Below are positions 18,963 through 27,510 of a DNA stretch of 64,000 nucleotides, in pieces. The notes beneath the pieces were generated by a model that was given only the letters and a program-made list of their open reading frames with translations, searched no databases and was not told the origin of the DNA. The stretch's first letter is position 1, and the number at the start of each line of letters is the position of its first letter. The stretch is from a virus: positions 25,423 through 89,422 of IMG/VR virus record IMGVR_UViG_3300045988_084189. One strand, given 5' to 3'. Position numbers and translations under genes: made by a program.

Positions 18963-20362
18963 CAAAAATACACCTTCTGATCTTGCTGAGTACATATTAC
19001 CCTACTTGATTTACCTTGTTTGATTAGCTCATCCTGTAGAGTATTAGCAAATTCTACCTTGCTTGAAAATTCACTATGTACTAAGCACAGCTTATCATAA
19101 TCTATATTCTGATAATATTGCATGAGCTGGTTATAATTAGCATGAGATGAAAATGTATTCAAGCAATATATCTGAGCATTGTTCTGAATCATTTCACCAT
19201 CCAGCATGATTTCTTTTGCGCCATGCTTGATTTCATATGCAAGCGTATTAGGACTAGCATAGCCAGAGAATAGCACGGCATTTCGGTTATTAGGCAGGAT
19301 ATATTTGAGATGCGCCAAAGCCCGTCCAGCATTGAGCATACCACTACTAGCCACTATAATGGCTCGTTCATTTGATTGCTGAATAGCTTGGCTTTCTTCC
19401 CATGATTCAATTAGCCTCAAGTTGAGCTTATCTTCATATTCTAGTTGCTCTGACCATGCTCTATAAATACGACAAGCAAGTGGCGAATCAAGATAAATAG
19501 GAATCATCTGCCCATCAATCTTGCACTCTGTGGCTCGTGTGCGCCATAGAACATCAAGAATATCCTCTACACGCTGTAGACTAAAAGCTGGCATCAAGAT
19601 ACGGGTATATTGACAAATAGCCGCATTTATAATCTGTTCATCATACCAGCGATCTTTCTTCATGCTATAACATCTTGTCGGGTCACTATATGTACATTCA
19701 CCAACCACTACATTACATCTTGGCAATGGCTCGATTGGCGGCACAGATACGCTCTTAGCCTCTGTATTGAAATCACCTGTAAAGCCAATTCGCTTAATGC
19801 TATAACCCTGTTTGATTTCCAACACAGCTTGAGCTGAATGAATGATATGACCGGCATGATAATATGTCAGCTTTGCGCCGCCTACAATGGTCGTAGGAAC
19901 CCCAAACGGCACTTCAACAAGCCATTGCATCACCTTATCAATATCAGTCTCAGTAGCCAATGGCGGCGCTTTGATACCATGCTTATTCTGCATCTTCAAG
20001 CTATCCTGTACCATAATTTTAATACAATCGTCCATCATTATCTTGAGGATAGGGATTGAGCCTTGAGGAATATAGATATATGCTTGCATCCCCATAGCAA
20101 CAGCAATGAGTAGAGCCATACAATGGTCTGAATGGCAATGTGATATAACAACACCATGCACCGTCTTCGGCTTGATTTTCTTCATCTGATCACGATTAGC
20201 TCGATAATCAGCTACTAGATTATTGGTCTGAATCATGCCCATATCAACAGCTAATTTGATATTGTCGAATCTAATAATCGTGCATGAACCAGTTACAGAT
20301 GCGGCATTACCACCAGTGAAATGTAGATATGGCTTGGATGTGCCAGATGATTTAGCTGGCAT
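18962..20362 (-). CDS. MBL-fold metallo-hydrolase, beta-CASP-type nuclease
   Basis: HCHSDHC (HxHxDH) motif and ~470 aa length. Start at ATG 20362 follows GAGGAGGTGG. Confidence 0.8.
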   Translation of the reverse strand: MPAKSSGTSKPYLHFTGGNAASVTGSCTIIRFDNIKLAVDMGMIQTNNLVADYRANRDQMKKIKPKTVHGVVISHCHSDHCMALLIAVAMGMQAYIYIPQGSIPILKIMMDDCIKIMVQDSLKMQNKHGIKAPPLATETDIDKVMQWLVEVPFGVPTTIVGGAKLTYYHAGHIIHSAQAVLEIKQGYSIKRIGFTGDFNTEAKSVSVPPIEPLPRCNVVVGECTYSDPTRCYSMKKDRWYDEQIINAAICQYTRILMPAFSLQRVEDILDVLWRTRATECKIDGQMIPIYLDSPLACRIYRAWSEQLEYEDKLNLRLIESWEESQAIQQSNERAIIVASSGMLNAGRALAHLKYILPNNRNAVLFSGYASPNTLAYEIKHGAKEIMLDGEMIQNNAQIYCLNTFSSHANYNQLMQYYQNIDYDKLCLVHSEFSSKVEFANTLQDELIKQGKSSRVICTQQDQKVYF

Positions 20363-20675
20363 TAGCCACCTCCTCATCCTTCTTACCAGTTGGCAAATAA
20401 GCCCATGCTATGACATTATCCCAATTACCATTAAAATCCAAATAAATCAGACCATAAATTCCACAACATCCATCGCTCATACAAGTATCTTGATGCACCC
20501 AACCTTTTTTAGTTAGAATAAGAATGTCTTCATCCTCATTTGGCATCTGACAATTAAATACATATGATGGATATTCTTCTGCGCTTAGACCATGTTCTGC
20601 AAATCCTTCAAGTTCTTCCTCAGTAGGCGGTCTAGTCACAACCTCATGCCATACAATTTTTTCAACCCATTCCAT
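20352..20675 (-). CDS. hypothetical protein
   Basis: Start moved to ATG 20675, which overlaps the upstream stop. Confidence 0.55.
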   Translation of the reverse strand: MEWVEKIVWHEVVTRPPTEEELEGFAEHGLSAEEYPSYVFNCQMPNEDEDILILTKKGWVHQDTCMSDGCCGIYGLIYLDFNGNWDNVIAWAYLPTGKKDEEVANAS

Positions 20676-20872
20676 TAAGCCGACTCGCCATCCTTTCTCA
20701 TCTTTAGCACATTTCTCAGCACACAATCCATGCAATTCAAATCTGCGTCATTCCACATTTTATCCCTCTGTGCCGTCATGCGTGGGTCGATTTTTACATA
20801 TCGGTCACAATTTGGCTGATAATCACAACGCATACAAGGAATTTCATAAATATGCTTAGGTCTACGGCTCAT
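20675..20872 (-). CDS. hypothetical Cys-rich protein
   Basis: 65 aa ORF. Confidence 0.55.
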   Translation of the reverse strand: MSRRPKHIYEIPCMRCDYQPNCDRYVKIDPRMTAQRDKMWNDADLNCMDCVLRNVLKMRKDGESA

Positions 20873-21132
20873 TCATATTCCTCCTCATATTTAGGCTCGG
20901 ACGGTACGCTAAATCCAATGGCTTGAGTAATAGCAGGACTAGGCGCAATCTTTTCAGCGGCGGCATCATGCTCTGCTTTATCAAGCTCTAGCTCCATCGA
21001 CATCCGGTTAATCTTGGCATTGATAACTGACTGTACCAAATCCACAATCGAGCCGCACAGAGGCAACAGTGAGCTTACAAACAGGACTGCGCCTCCTGCA
21101 ATCCATAGCGGCGTTAGGTGGTTTTTATTCAT
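20869..21132 (-). CDS. small membrane protein
   Basis: N-terminal hydrophobic helix LWIAGGAVLFVSSLLPLCG. Confidence 0.55.
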   Translation of the reverse strand: MNKNHLTPLWIAGGAVLFVSSLLPLCGSIVDLVQSVINAKINRMSMELELDKAEHDAAAEKIAPSPAITQAIGFSVPSEPKYEEEYE

Positions 21133-21204
21133 AGGCGATTATCCTTTGCTTCGTAAAATAATACAAGAATCCAGAGAATGAGAAAGATAAACAGAATCAG
21201 CCCA

Positions 21205-21459
21205 TCATCCATTATCAGCCTCATCCTCATTGTCTACTGGTGTAGACATTTCTTTCATTTTCTCCATCCTGCCGTCAGCCTCTCCTACCTTGGCTTTGAT
21301 TAGGTCTTTAATCGCCTTAGCCGAGGTTAGCGGCGCAATCTGCTTGCTGATTTCATAAATACAAGCATCCCAGCCAGTCATTAGGCCGCGATTAAAATGT
21401 TCTTTCAGCTTTCCTTCAATGCTCTCAGCAATAATTTCTTTCAGCTTATCGTCAGACAT
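21205..21459 (-). CDS. hypothetical protein
   Basis: 84 aa ORF with a GGAGGG RBS. Confidence 0.55.
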   Translation of the reverse strand: MSDDKLKEIIAESIEGKLKEHFNRGLMTGWDACIYEISKQIAPLTSAKAIKDLIKAKVGEADGRMEKMKEMSTPVDNEDEADNG

Positions 21460-21745
21460 AATTCCCTCCTACTTTAATGTCACATCTTGGACAATACACC
21501 TCTGTTACTGGCTCGTAACATGGCGGTTCATCCACCTCTGGATGATAAACTAGATGTGTGTATGATTCTAGCTTAGAGCCACATTCAGGACATCTATTCA
21601 TTGCCTCTAGCTCTCTAGTTGCCGCATATGCTAAGCGCATATCCTTGAGTGATGCTAAATATAATAGGCAATCAGCCGCAATATCTTGATTGCTATCATA
21701 ATAACCTATAACAGCCTCTACAACTTCATCGTGCATATCAGTCAT
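21452..21745 (-). CDS. hypothetical zinc-ribbon protein
   Basis: CPECG...CPRC pair. Confidence 0.55.
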   Translation of the reverse strand: MTDMHDEVVEAVIGYYDSNQDIAADCLLYLASLKDMRLAYAATRELEAMNRCPECGSKLESYTHLVYHPEVDEPPCYEPVTEVYCPRCDIKVGGNYV

Positions 21746-22299
21746 TCTACTAGTTCCAGATTATCGTAGTCAACAACATATTCACGTGTTGTGATATTGC
21801 TTTTAATCAAAGCACACTTCTTACCATTCTTAGCAGAGCAATTCTCAACATGCAAAACTTGATATTTATTATAGATAGACGGTTGCCCAATGCCAGAACT
21901 AGACTGAACGACACGAACAATATGCTCTACAGGGATATTATTTTCCTTAAAAAATCTCGTTGCCTCCATACTATTACATTGCTGACTCGTTTTTACCTTA
22001 ACAATATCCCCAACCTTAATTTCTCTTGGCTTCTTTGCTTCGGCCATTCTTTCCTTCAATTCATCAATACCAACCTGTAGCCGCCAATCATCTTCAGGAT
22101 GACAACGAGCCTCGACCTTCTTACCGTCCTTACTCGTCATCGTCATGCGATTGCCCTCAATATGCAGGTCATAATCGCCCTCTAGCCACTTAGGCGCTAG
22201 ATTCTTTTCATAGAATTTGTATTCTAACTTCATGTCTTTCTTTGTCCTTTCTTTCATAATTTCTTCGTATAGACTATTAAATACATCGTCCCACATCAT
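21742..22299 (-). CDS. hypothetical protein
   Basis: 185 aa ORF with a GAGGAGG RBS. Confidence 0.6.
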   Translation of the reverse strand: MMWDDVFNSLYEEIMKERTKKDMKLEYKFYEKNLAPKWLEGDYDLHIEGNRMTMTSKDGKKVEARCHPEDDWRLQVGIDELKERMAEAKKPREIKVGDIVKVKTSQQCNSMEATRFFKENNIPVEHIVRVVQSSSGIGQPSIYNKYQVLHVENCSAKNGKKCALIKSNITTREYVVDYDNLELVE

Positions 22300-22317
22300 T
22301 GTTTTATCCTCCTCAAC

Positions 22318-22485
22318 TTACATGATAATATTATTATAAATATACGCATCATCTTTGTAGAAAATTTCATTTGTATGCAGATACCTACAAATCCATAAAT
22401 TATCTGTATCATCCCAATTTTCTACAATGGCGTATCGTAGCCCATGTTTGAAAATAGTATCTCTGCATACCAGTCGCTTTGGCAT
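22318..22485 (-). CDS. small hypothetical protein (55 aa, below the ORF-track cutoff)
   Basis: ATG 22485 lies 9 nt after AGGAGG. Reads MPKRLVCRDTIFKHG... and stops at 22318. Confidence 0.45.
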   Translation of the reverse strand: MPKRLVCRDTIFKHGLRYAIVENWDDTDNLWICRYLHTNEIFYKDDAYIYNNIIM

Positions 22486-22503
22486 TTTTCATATCCTCCT
22501 TAA

Positions 22504-23340
22504 TTAAAAATTCACCACCGACATTGCGGTAATTGCTCTTTGTTCTGTTCTCTTAACGTACCTAGATGTGATCTGGATTCCAGAATGTCCCATTGCCTTA
22601 CTAATGACCTCAATCGGCACATTAGCCTCAGACATCATAGTAGCAAATGTGCGGCGCATTGTATGATTGCTAATATGCAATTCTTCCCAATTCTCAATAC
22701 CAGCTTTTCTAGCACATACCTTGAGCATAGCACTAGTATTCTTGCCATCCATTTTATTGCCACGATTACCCACGAACAGATATTCACAGCCATCTTTGCG
22801 CTCATTAGCAATATAGCTATCAATCAGCTTGATCGTTTCATCAGCCAAGCCAACCAATCTATCCTTATCGCCCTTACCACGGATGACCAGTACATTATTG
22901 CTACGGGATTCATACTGCTCAAGCGTGATATTGGCAAGCTCATGAATACGCAAGCCAGTCTGAGCAAGCATCATAATAATCGCCTTATTGCGCAGATTGG
23001 TAGCAGCATTGACCATTGCTCTGACCTGTTCGCCATTAAGAGCCGACTGCTCACGATTTTTAATTTGCGGCGCTTCAAGCATCTCAGCAGGATTGCGGCT
23101 AATGAACTCGTTACGATACAGGAACTTGAAATATTCACGAACCGCTGACGTTCTCTGAGCAACAGATGCAGAACTGAGATTGCTCATGCTGGACTGCCAC
23201 AGCTCAAGGTCAATCGGCTTGATTTCAGACTCAGGCTTGTTGACATATGCCATGCAATTCTCAATCGCCTTAGTATATTCACGAATAGTGCCCTCGCTAC
23301 GGTGCTTTGCCTTGAGGCTCATAACAAACAGTTCGTTCAT
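22504..23340 (-). CDS. int: tyrosine recombinase / integrase (XerC/D-like)
   Basis: The R...HTMRRTF...GHSGIQITSRY catalytic set is present. Start moved to ATG 23340 because the track start lies inside the promoter. Confidence 0.85.
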   Translation of the reverse strand: MNELFVMSLKAKHRSEGTIREYTKAIENCMAYVNKPESEIKPIDLELWQSSMSNLSSASVAQRTSAVREYFKFLYRNEFISRNPAEMLEAPQIKNREQSALNGEQVRAMVNAATNLRNKAIIMMLAQTGLRIHELANITLEQYESRSNNVLVIRGKGDKDRLVGLADETIKLIDSYIANERKDGCEYLFVGNRGNKMDGKNTSAMLKVCARKAGIENWEELHISNHTMRRTFATMMSEANVPIEVISKAMGHSGIQITSRYVKRTEQRAITAMSVVNF

Positions 23341-23369
23341 AATGTTCAGCTCCTTCATTTGATGGTTTA

Positions 23370-23398
23370 AGTATAGCACCATAGCGGCGATTTGTCAA
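23370..23398 (-). promoter_or_regulatory. sigma-70/sigma-A type promoter (TTGACA-N17-TATACT)
   Basis: Reverse complement reads TTGACA (23398-23393), 17 bp, then TATACT (23375-23370). Confidence 0.7.
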
Positions 23399-23459
23399 GC
23401 CCTATTTTATAAAAATCCCTACAATCTTTCGACCATAGGGATTTTACCAGGAGGATTAT

Positions 23460-23735
23460 TTACTCATTGATTTCTGCCTTGAGTGTGCTTGTAGGCTTAA
23501 ATGTCAGAGCATACTTGGCAGGAACTTCAATGGTTTCGCCTGTCTGTGGATTACGAGCAGTACGAGCATCACGCAGCTTGGTTGTGAACTTGCCAAAGCC
23601 ATGAATCACTACATCTTCATGCTGGACTAGGCTGTTCTTTACATAGTTGATAAATTCATCAACAATTTCCTCAGTATCCTTGATTGTGTTGTCTGTTGAC
23701 TGAGCTACAAACTTGATTAGTTCCTTCTTGGTCAT
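23460..23735 (-). CDS. hup: HU/IHF-family DNA-binding protein
   Basis: GFGKF...RTARNPQTGE...FKP arm motif, 91 aa. Confidence 0.9.
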   Translation of the reverse strand: MTKKELIKFVAQSTDNTIKDTEEIVDEFINYVKNSLVQHEDVVIHGFGKFTTKLRDARTARNPQTGETIEVPAKYALTFKPTSTLKAEINE

Positions 23736-24179
23736 AAATTCCTTTTAATTTCCTTTCAATTTCTAATAAAATTTTATTAAAACAAGTCGCAATGTTCATG
23801 CGCATATTGACTTGATATATAGGGTTATTGTTCCACTATCAACTACTTACAGGGTCCTCTTACCCAAGCCCTATATTGTTTTGCGCGGAATAGACTATCA
23901 CCACGCTATGAGCCTGTGTCGAATATCGCTCTTTGTCCAGTTTTCTGTCAGCTGGCAAACACCTCATCTAATGCGCACTTAATGAGGATTTAAGGCGTTA
24001 CTTCATAGCATCAGGTGGTCAACCATCAACTATTCAGCAACTAGCATTACAACCTATAAACTAGACTATCCGCAGTGACCAAATCTTGAGGACGGCCTTA
24101 CAAAGCTAGGATTTTCAGCTTTTCCTCCAGACGTCTATCAAGTGTGCTTACAATGCTAGTAGAGGCATGATAGACGTTT

Positions 24180-24252
24180 TGACCGTGGTAGGATTCGAAC
24201 CTACATCTCAACCGCTATGGACGGAGAGTATTACCAATTAGGAGACGCGGTC
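24180..24252 (-). other. degenerate tRNA-like element (canonical T arm and acceptor stem, no proper D or anticodon stems)
   Basis: Reverse complement: GACCGCG...GTAGG-TTCGAAT-CCTAC-CACGGTC-A. The acceptor pairs 6 of 7. The D region cannot pair. The anticodon-like stem is only CCG/CGG around the loop TCCATAG. No CCA is encoded. Confidence 0.3.
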
Positions 24253-24867
24253 ATATGGTAGTAGGCTTTAGGCTCAACCTACAGGAACCGCCATTGATTT
24301 GTTTTTATCGACCCTAGGCATCGATTGGCTAGTAATCCAAACAATGGTCAACAAACCATAACTACTGGTTATGATAGCAAGCGAGGCCGCGCGTGACCTC
24401 ATCTTATATAAATTCCTCAATTACCATCGACAGGTGTAATTATGTCCTCAATATACGTTTTTGAGTAATGTCTACTCTCATTGAGTACCTTATATAAAAT
24501 TGCGCTACTTGCTATCATATGGAAATGGGCTTTAAGCATCAACCCATTAGAAGCAAATCAATAAACCTACACTCTAACCTAGTCCTAAGACTGCTAGAAC
24601 CTCACCCTGTTTTTGTATGCCTCGCCTCAGCTTATTGATTACAACTTTAATTAGTAGCCCTTAGTTGCCACGGGGTCAATCTCTGCTTAATCCGTCTGGT
24701 TCTCGTTATCGACATGATTGACTGCATATGCCTTTATGCTGTTAAGCAATTTAACTTCCTCTCACCAGCTCGATTTGCATTTGATAATGGAGTGCTTATG
24801 ACACATTCTCATCTCCATAATAGTAGTCTATAAACCAGCCACTATATATCATTTCAAGTGGACTTAA

Positions 24868-24944
24868 TGGTAGCTCAGGTGGAATTCGAATCCACACTTT
24901 ACGGATTTTGAATCCGCTCCCTCTGCCGATTGGGGTACTGAGCC
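24868..24944 (-). tRNA. tRNA with anticodon CAA and a short (5 nt) variable loop; CCA encoded
   Basis: Reverse complement parses as GGCTCAG-TA-CCCC-AATCGGCAG-AGGG-A-GCGGA-TTCAAAA-TCCGT-AAAGT-GTGGA-TTCGAAT-TCCAC-CTGAGCT-A-CCA. Confidence 0.8.
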
Positions 24945-25778
24945 ATATTCAATCTCAAGCCGACTTCCTGCCTCATAGCTATTTCTAGCATCGGCTCGTG
25001 AATGATGTTTACATAATATCCTTATATCACCTTCGTCGTTACGTTTTTGCATGGATGCTAACGTGGCACGATTGGGCGCGACCCCAATTCTCTAGTCTGT
25101 ATCTGCCGCTTCTCAAACTCTGCGCAGACCCCAGTGCGGGCGTGATATAGATTTGACGGTTATCTTCAAATCCGGTCGGATATTATATTATTTGTCAATC
25201 CCAATCCCTTTTATTATGCCGAACAGATTGACTAGTGCGCCCTACTTGGCATTAGGCAATTACGCCATTTATGCTTATCTCATTTGTCTTACGCACGTTC
25301 CCTTGCTCGCTTTTTTATCAAAGACCGACATACCACGTAGGATATGCGGTTAGCTTGGTTTGCCTATCGCACGAGCAATGATAGGTTTTTTACGACAATA
25401 TGGTAGCTATGACCCGGTTTCATGGTCAATTACGAAGAGCAGTTAAAAGTTGTTACCTTTTACTTAAAATCTCTCTTCAACCTCTTACGAGGGACTAAGC
25501 CGTATCATTCGGATTTCCCGACTCATTTCGACTTGCGGATTTGTTACCTACCGCTGCACTACCTGCTAACCTTTCTATGTTAGCCCCGACCCGTCTGTTC
25601 AACTATCGTTAGCTATTGCCGAAGTGTTATTGCACTCTACTCCATATGGAAGACCTATTTGATCGTTCGAGTGCAACATATGATGGCTGTTCATCAAACT
25701 CCACTTAGCTGTTTCGTAATGCCCATCTGAACTATGTCAGGACTCAGCGATTTCAGCACCATCATCTTTACATTCTCA

Positions 25779-25807
25779 ATTATACCACACTTGATTTTAT
25801 TTGTCAA
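25779..25807 (-). promoter_or_regulatory. sigma-70/sigma-A type promoter with TG-extended -10, driving the ORF-free region
   Basis: Reverse complement reads TTGACA (25807-25802), 17 bp ending in TGG, then TATAAT (25784-25779). Confidence 0.75.
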
Positions 25808-25882
25808 GCATTATTTTTCATACACTAATAATCAATAAATTTTCTTAAACATCTAACCATACAACTTACCCTACCTAATCAA

Positions 25883-26122
25883 CTAATCTGAAATTTCTTC
25901 ATTATTAGTCAATGATTTCTTTGCCATACGAGCTGATTTGAGCCGTTCTGCCGTAACTTGCTTCTGCTCTTCGGTCATTGAGCGGGTACGCCCTGATTTG
26001 CCAAATCTCAAGTCATAAAGCGGACAAGACTTAATTGGACAATGTTTCACTTCGTTTGCTGAATCACCTGAGCATTGTAAACAATATTGTCGTATTCGTT
26101 TCAGCGGAGATGCTGAATCCAT
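25883..26122 (-). CDS. small Cys-rich (zinc-binding) protein
   Basis: CLQCSG...HCPIKSCPLY in a 79 aa ORF with an AAGGAG RBS. Confidence 0.6.
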   Translation of the reverse strand: MDSASPLKRIRQYCLQCSGDSANEVKHCPIKSCPLYDLRFGKSGRTRSMTEEQKQVTAERLKSARMAKKSLTNNEEISD

Positions 26123-26151
26123 ATTAGGTACTCCTTTTATTTTATTTTATC

Positions 26152-26227
26152 TGGTCGAGGGTAAGTGATTTGAACACTTGTAGCACGATTATAAGTCGTG
26201 TGGACTAGACCGCTGTCCGAACCCTCG
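26152..26227 (-). tRNA. tRNA-Ile (anticodon UAU)
   Basis: Reverse complement parses as CGAGGGT-TC-GGAC-AGCGGTCTA-GTCC-A-CACGA-CTTATAA-TCGTG-CTAC-AAGTG-TTCAAAT-CACTT-ACCCTCG-A-CCA. All stems are Watson-Crick. Confidence 0.85.
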
Positions 26228-26326
26228 ATAATTTGAGCCTTTTATCGTCATGCTCAGGACTATATTCTAGGAGGTTCACAATGAAGAACTGTAATTGAGA
26301 TTACCCAATTTCTCAACCACATCTGT

Positions 26327-26355
26327 ATTATACCATAAGATTCGCTGTTTGTCAA
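26327..26355 (-). promoter_or_regulatory. sigma-70/sigma-A type promoter (TTGACA-N17-TATAAT, TG-extended)
   Basis: Reverse complement reads TTGACA (26355-26350), 17 bp, then TATAAT (26332-26327). It lies upstream of tRNA-Ile. Confidence 0.75.
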
Positions 26356-26364
26356 GCATTATTT

Positions 26365-26706
26365 TTACCAATCTGCATTGATTACAATTTTATCTCCGTC
26401 ACTAAGAGCAGATTCTATTAGCCACAATACTTGCTCCATTTGCAACGAACTGCCAAAATCAGGCTGATTTACAAATTTGATAAGCTCATCAATTTGTTCG
26501 TCGTTAAGCGCCATATCCTTACCATACATGGGTTGTGAATACGGTTGTCCTTTTACATATGGCTTATAGTAGCCAATAGATTCAAGATATTCATACCACC
26601 ATCTACCGCCGCAATTTATTGTATCAACGTCTCGATATGTCACCAATTCGCCGCAATGTGGACAATAAATCGGTTCAGCGCGGCTAATGGTAATATCTAA
26701 TCCCAT
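26365..26706 (-). CDS. hypothetical protein
   Basis: 113 aa ORF with an N-terminal CPHCG. Confidence 0.6.
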   Translation of the reverse strand: MGLDITISRAEPIYCPHCGELVTYRDVDTINCGGRWWYEYLESIGYYKPYVKGQPYSQPMYGKDMALNDEQIDELIKFVNQPDFGSSLQMEQVLWLIESALSDGDKIVINADW

Positions 26707-26737
26707 ATATCATCATCTCCATTCATTTGATAATTGG

Positions 26738-26766
26738 ATTATACCATATAGAATTTAATTTGTCAA
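26738..26766 (-). promoter_or_regulatory. sigma-70/sigma-A type promoter (TTGACA-N17-TATAAT, TG-extended)
   Basis: Reverse complement reads TTGACA (26766-26761), 17 bp, then TATAAT (26743-26738). Confidence 0.75.
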
Positions 26767-26769
26767 GCA

Positions 26770-27204
26770 TTATTTGATAAATTTATTTTTAATATCCGTC
26801 CATTTTTTAATCTGGTCATCTACACGCACCCATGTACCATGATACATATCAGCATCAAACCACCATATACCATAATAGAGACTATAATAATTAAGATTCG
26901 CCTCATTTATAATGGTTGGGAATGGATTACCAAATCCACAATAGTTAAATAACTCCTTAACAAATTTTATATCGCTCTCATTGCCAACTGTAAAAGCATA
27001 TACATCATTATCAAAATCGGCCCATACGAATGCGACATCATCAAATTTGATTTCTGTCCCATCTTTTCTATAAAATCCAAGACAACTGTCTTTGCGTTTC
27101 GTTACATCTTTATATCTACATACCCACTCATGGCAATGCGCCTCATATTCATCATCAAATTCTGCGCCGCAATATTCACATTTATAAATCGTTGTTTCAA
27201 TCAT
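26770..27204 (-). CDS. hypothetical protein
   Basis: 144 aa ORF with an N-terminal CEYCG...HCHEWVC. Confidence 0.6.
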   Translation of the reverse strand: MIETTIYKCEYCGAEFDDEYEAHCHEWVCRYKDVTKRKDSCLGFYRKDGTEIKFDDVAFVWADFDNDVYAFTVGNESDIKFVKELFNYCGFGNPFPTIINEANLNYYSLYYGIWWFDADMYHGTWVRVDDQIKKWTDIKNKFIK

Positions 27205-27338
27205 TTCTTAAATTCCTCCGTTGCCTGTTTAATAACACTGATTATACCATATACCAAAAGAATACCAGTGCCAATAATTGCCAATGCAAGTACGACAAGT
27301 CCAGAATAACGAACAATATTCCATAATACATCAATCAT
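27201..27338 (-). CDS. small membrane protein (45 aa, below the track cutoff)
   Basis: ATG 27338 follows GAGGAGG. Contains the hydrophobic helix LVVLALAIIGTGILLVYGII and ends in an ATGA overlap with the next gene. Confidence 0.45.
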   Translation of the reverse strand: MIDVLWNIVRYSGLVVLALAIIGTGILLVYGIISVIKQATEEFKK

Positions 27339-27510
27339 CAACCTCATCCTCCTCGTCATCTAAGATATACTGAAGAATAGTTGTATATGTATTTATTTTT
27401 GTTTTTGCTTTAATTTTTACAATTTCATCCGTTGTATTATCTCTAATCTCTGTAATCTTATCAATCATATAAAGACAAAAATCAATTACATCATCCAACG
27501 TTGTTTTCAT
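27331..27510 (-). CDS. small acidic protein (59 aa, below the track cutoff)
   Basis: ATG 27510 overlaps the upstream stop (TAATG). The stop overlaps the next start. Confidence 0.45.
   Translation of the reverse strand: MKTTLDDVIDFCLYMIDKITEIRDNTTDEIVKIKAKTKINTYTTILQYILDDEEDEVDD

Larger units (their letters stand above)
23760..25772 (-). ncRNA. candidate large structured non-coding transcript(s) with an embedded tRNA and a tRNA-like element
   Basis: ~2 kb with no credible ORF on either strand. The consensus promoter at 25779-25807 points into it. It looks less AT-rich than the flanks and holds many perfect local and long-range helices (listed in the findings). Confidence 0.4.

Noticed and set aside
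22540-23148. 202-aa ORF on the plus strand
   Set aside because: It lies entirely antisense to the well-supported integrase gene, has no RBS, and gives a low-complexity Ile/Leu/Ser-rich product. The same reasoning applies to most other plus-strand track ORFs inside 1-28.8 kb and to the minus-strand ORFs inside 41.7-63.6 kb.
24180-24252. tmRNA as an explanation for the tRNA-like element
   Set aside because: The two acceptor halves are only 72 nt apart, with no room for a tag-peptide ORF or pseudoknots. No CCA and no alanine-type G3.U70 are present.
24868-24944. Reading the tRNA locus on the plus strand as tRNA-Gln (anticodon TTG)
   Set aside because: On the plus strand the would-be T loop lacks TTCGA/TTCAA and the would-be D arm has a 5-bp stem. 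On the minus strand the element has the GG D loop, the TTCGAAT T loop and a 3' CCA.
25185-25205. TTGACA box (reverse complement of TTGTCAA at ~25193) as an internal promoter in the ORF-free region
   Set aside because: The only TATAAT-like sequence lies 5 bp from the box rather than 17 bp, unlike every other promoter in the window.
24864-25353. Track ORFs 24864..25052 (-) and 25153..25353 (+) inside the ORF-free region
   Set aside because: The first overlaps the tRNA(CAA) gene. Neither ORF has an RBS, and their products look random.
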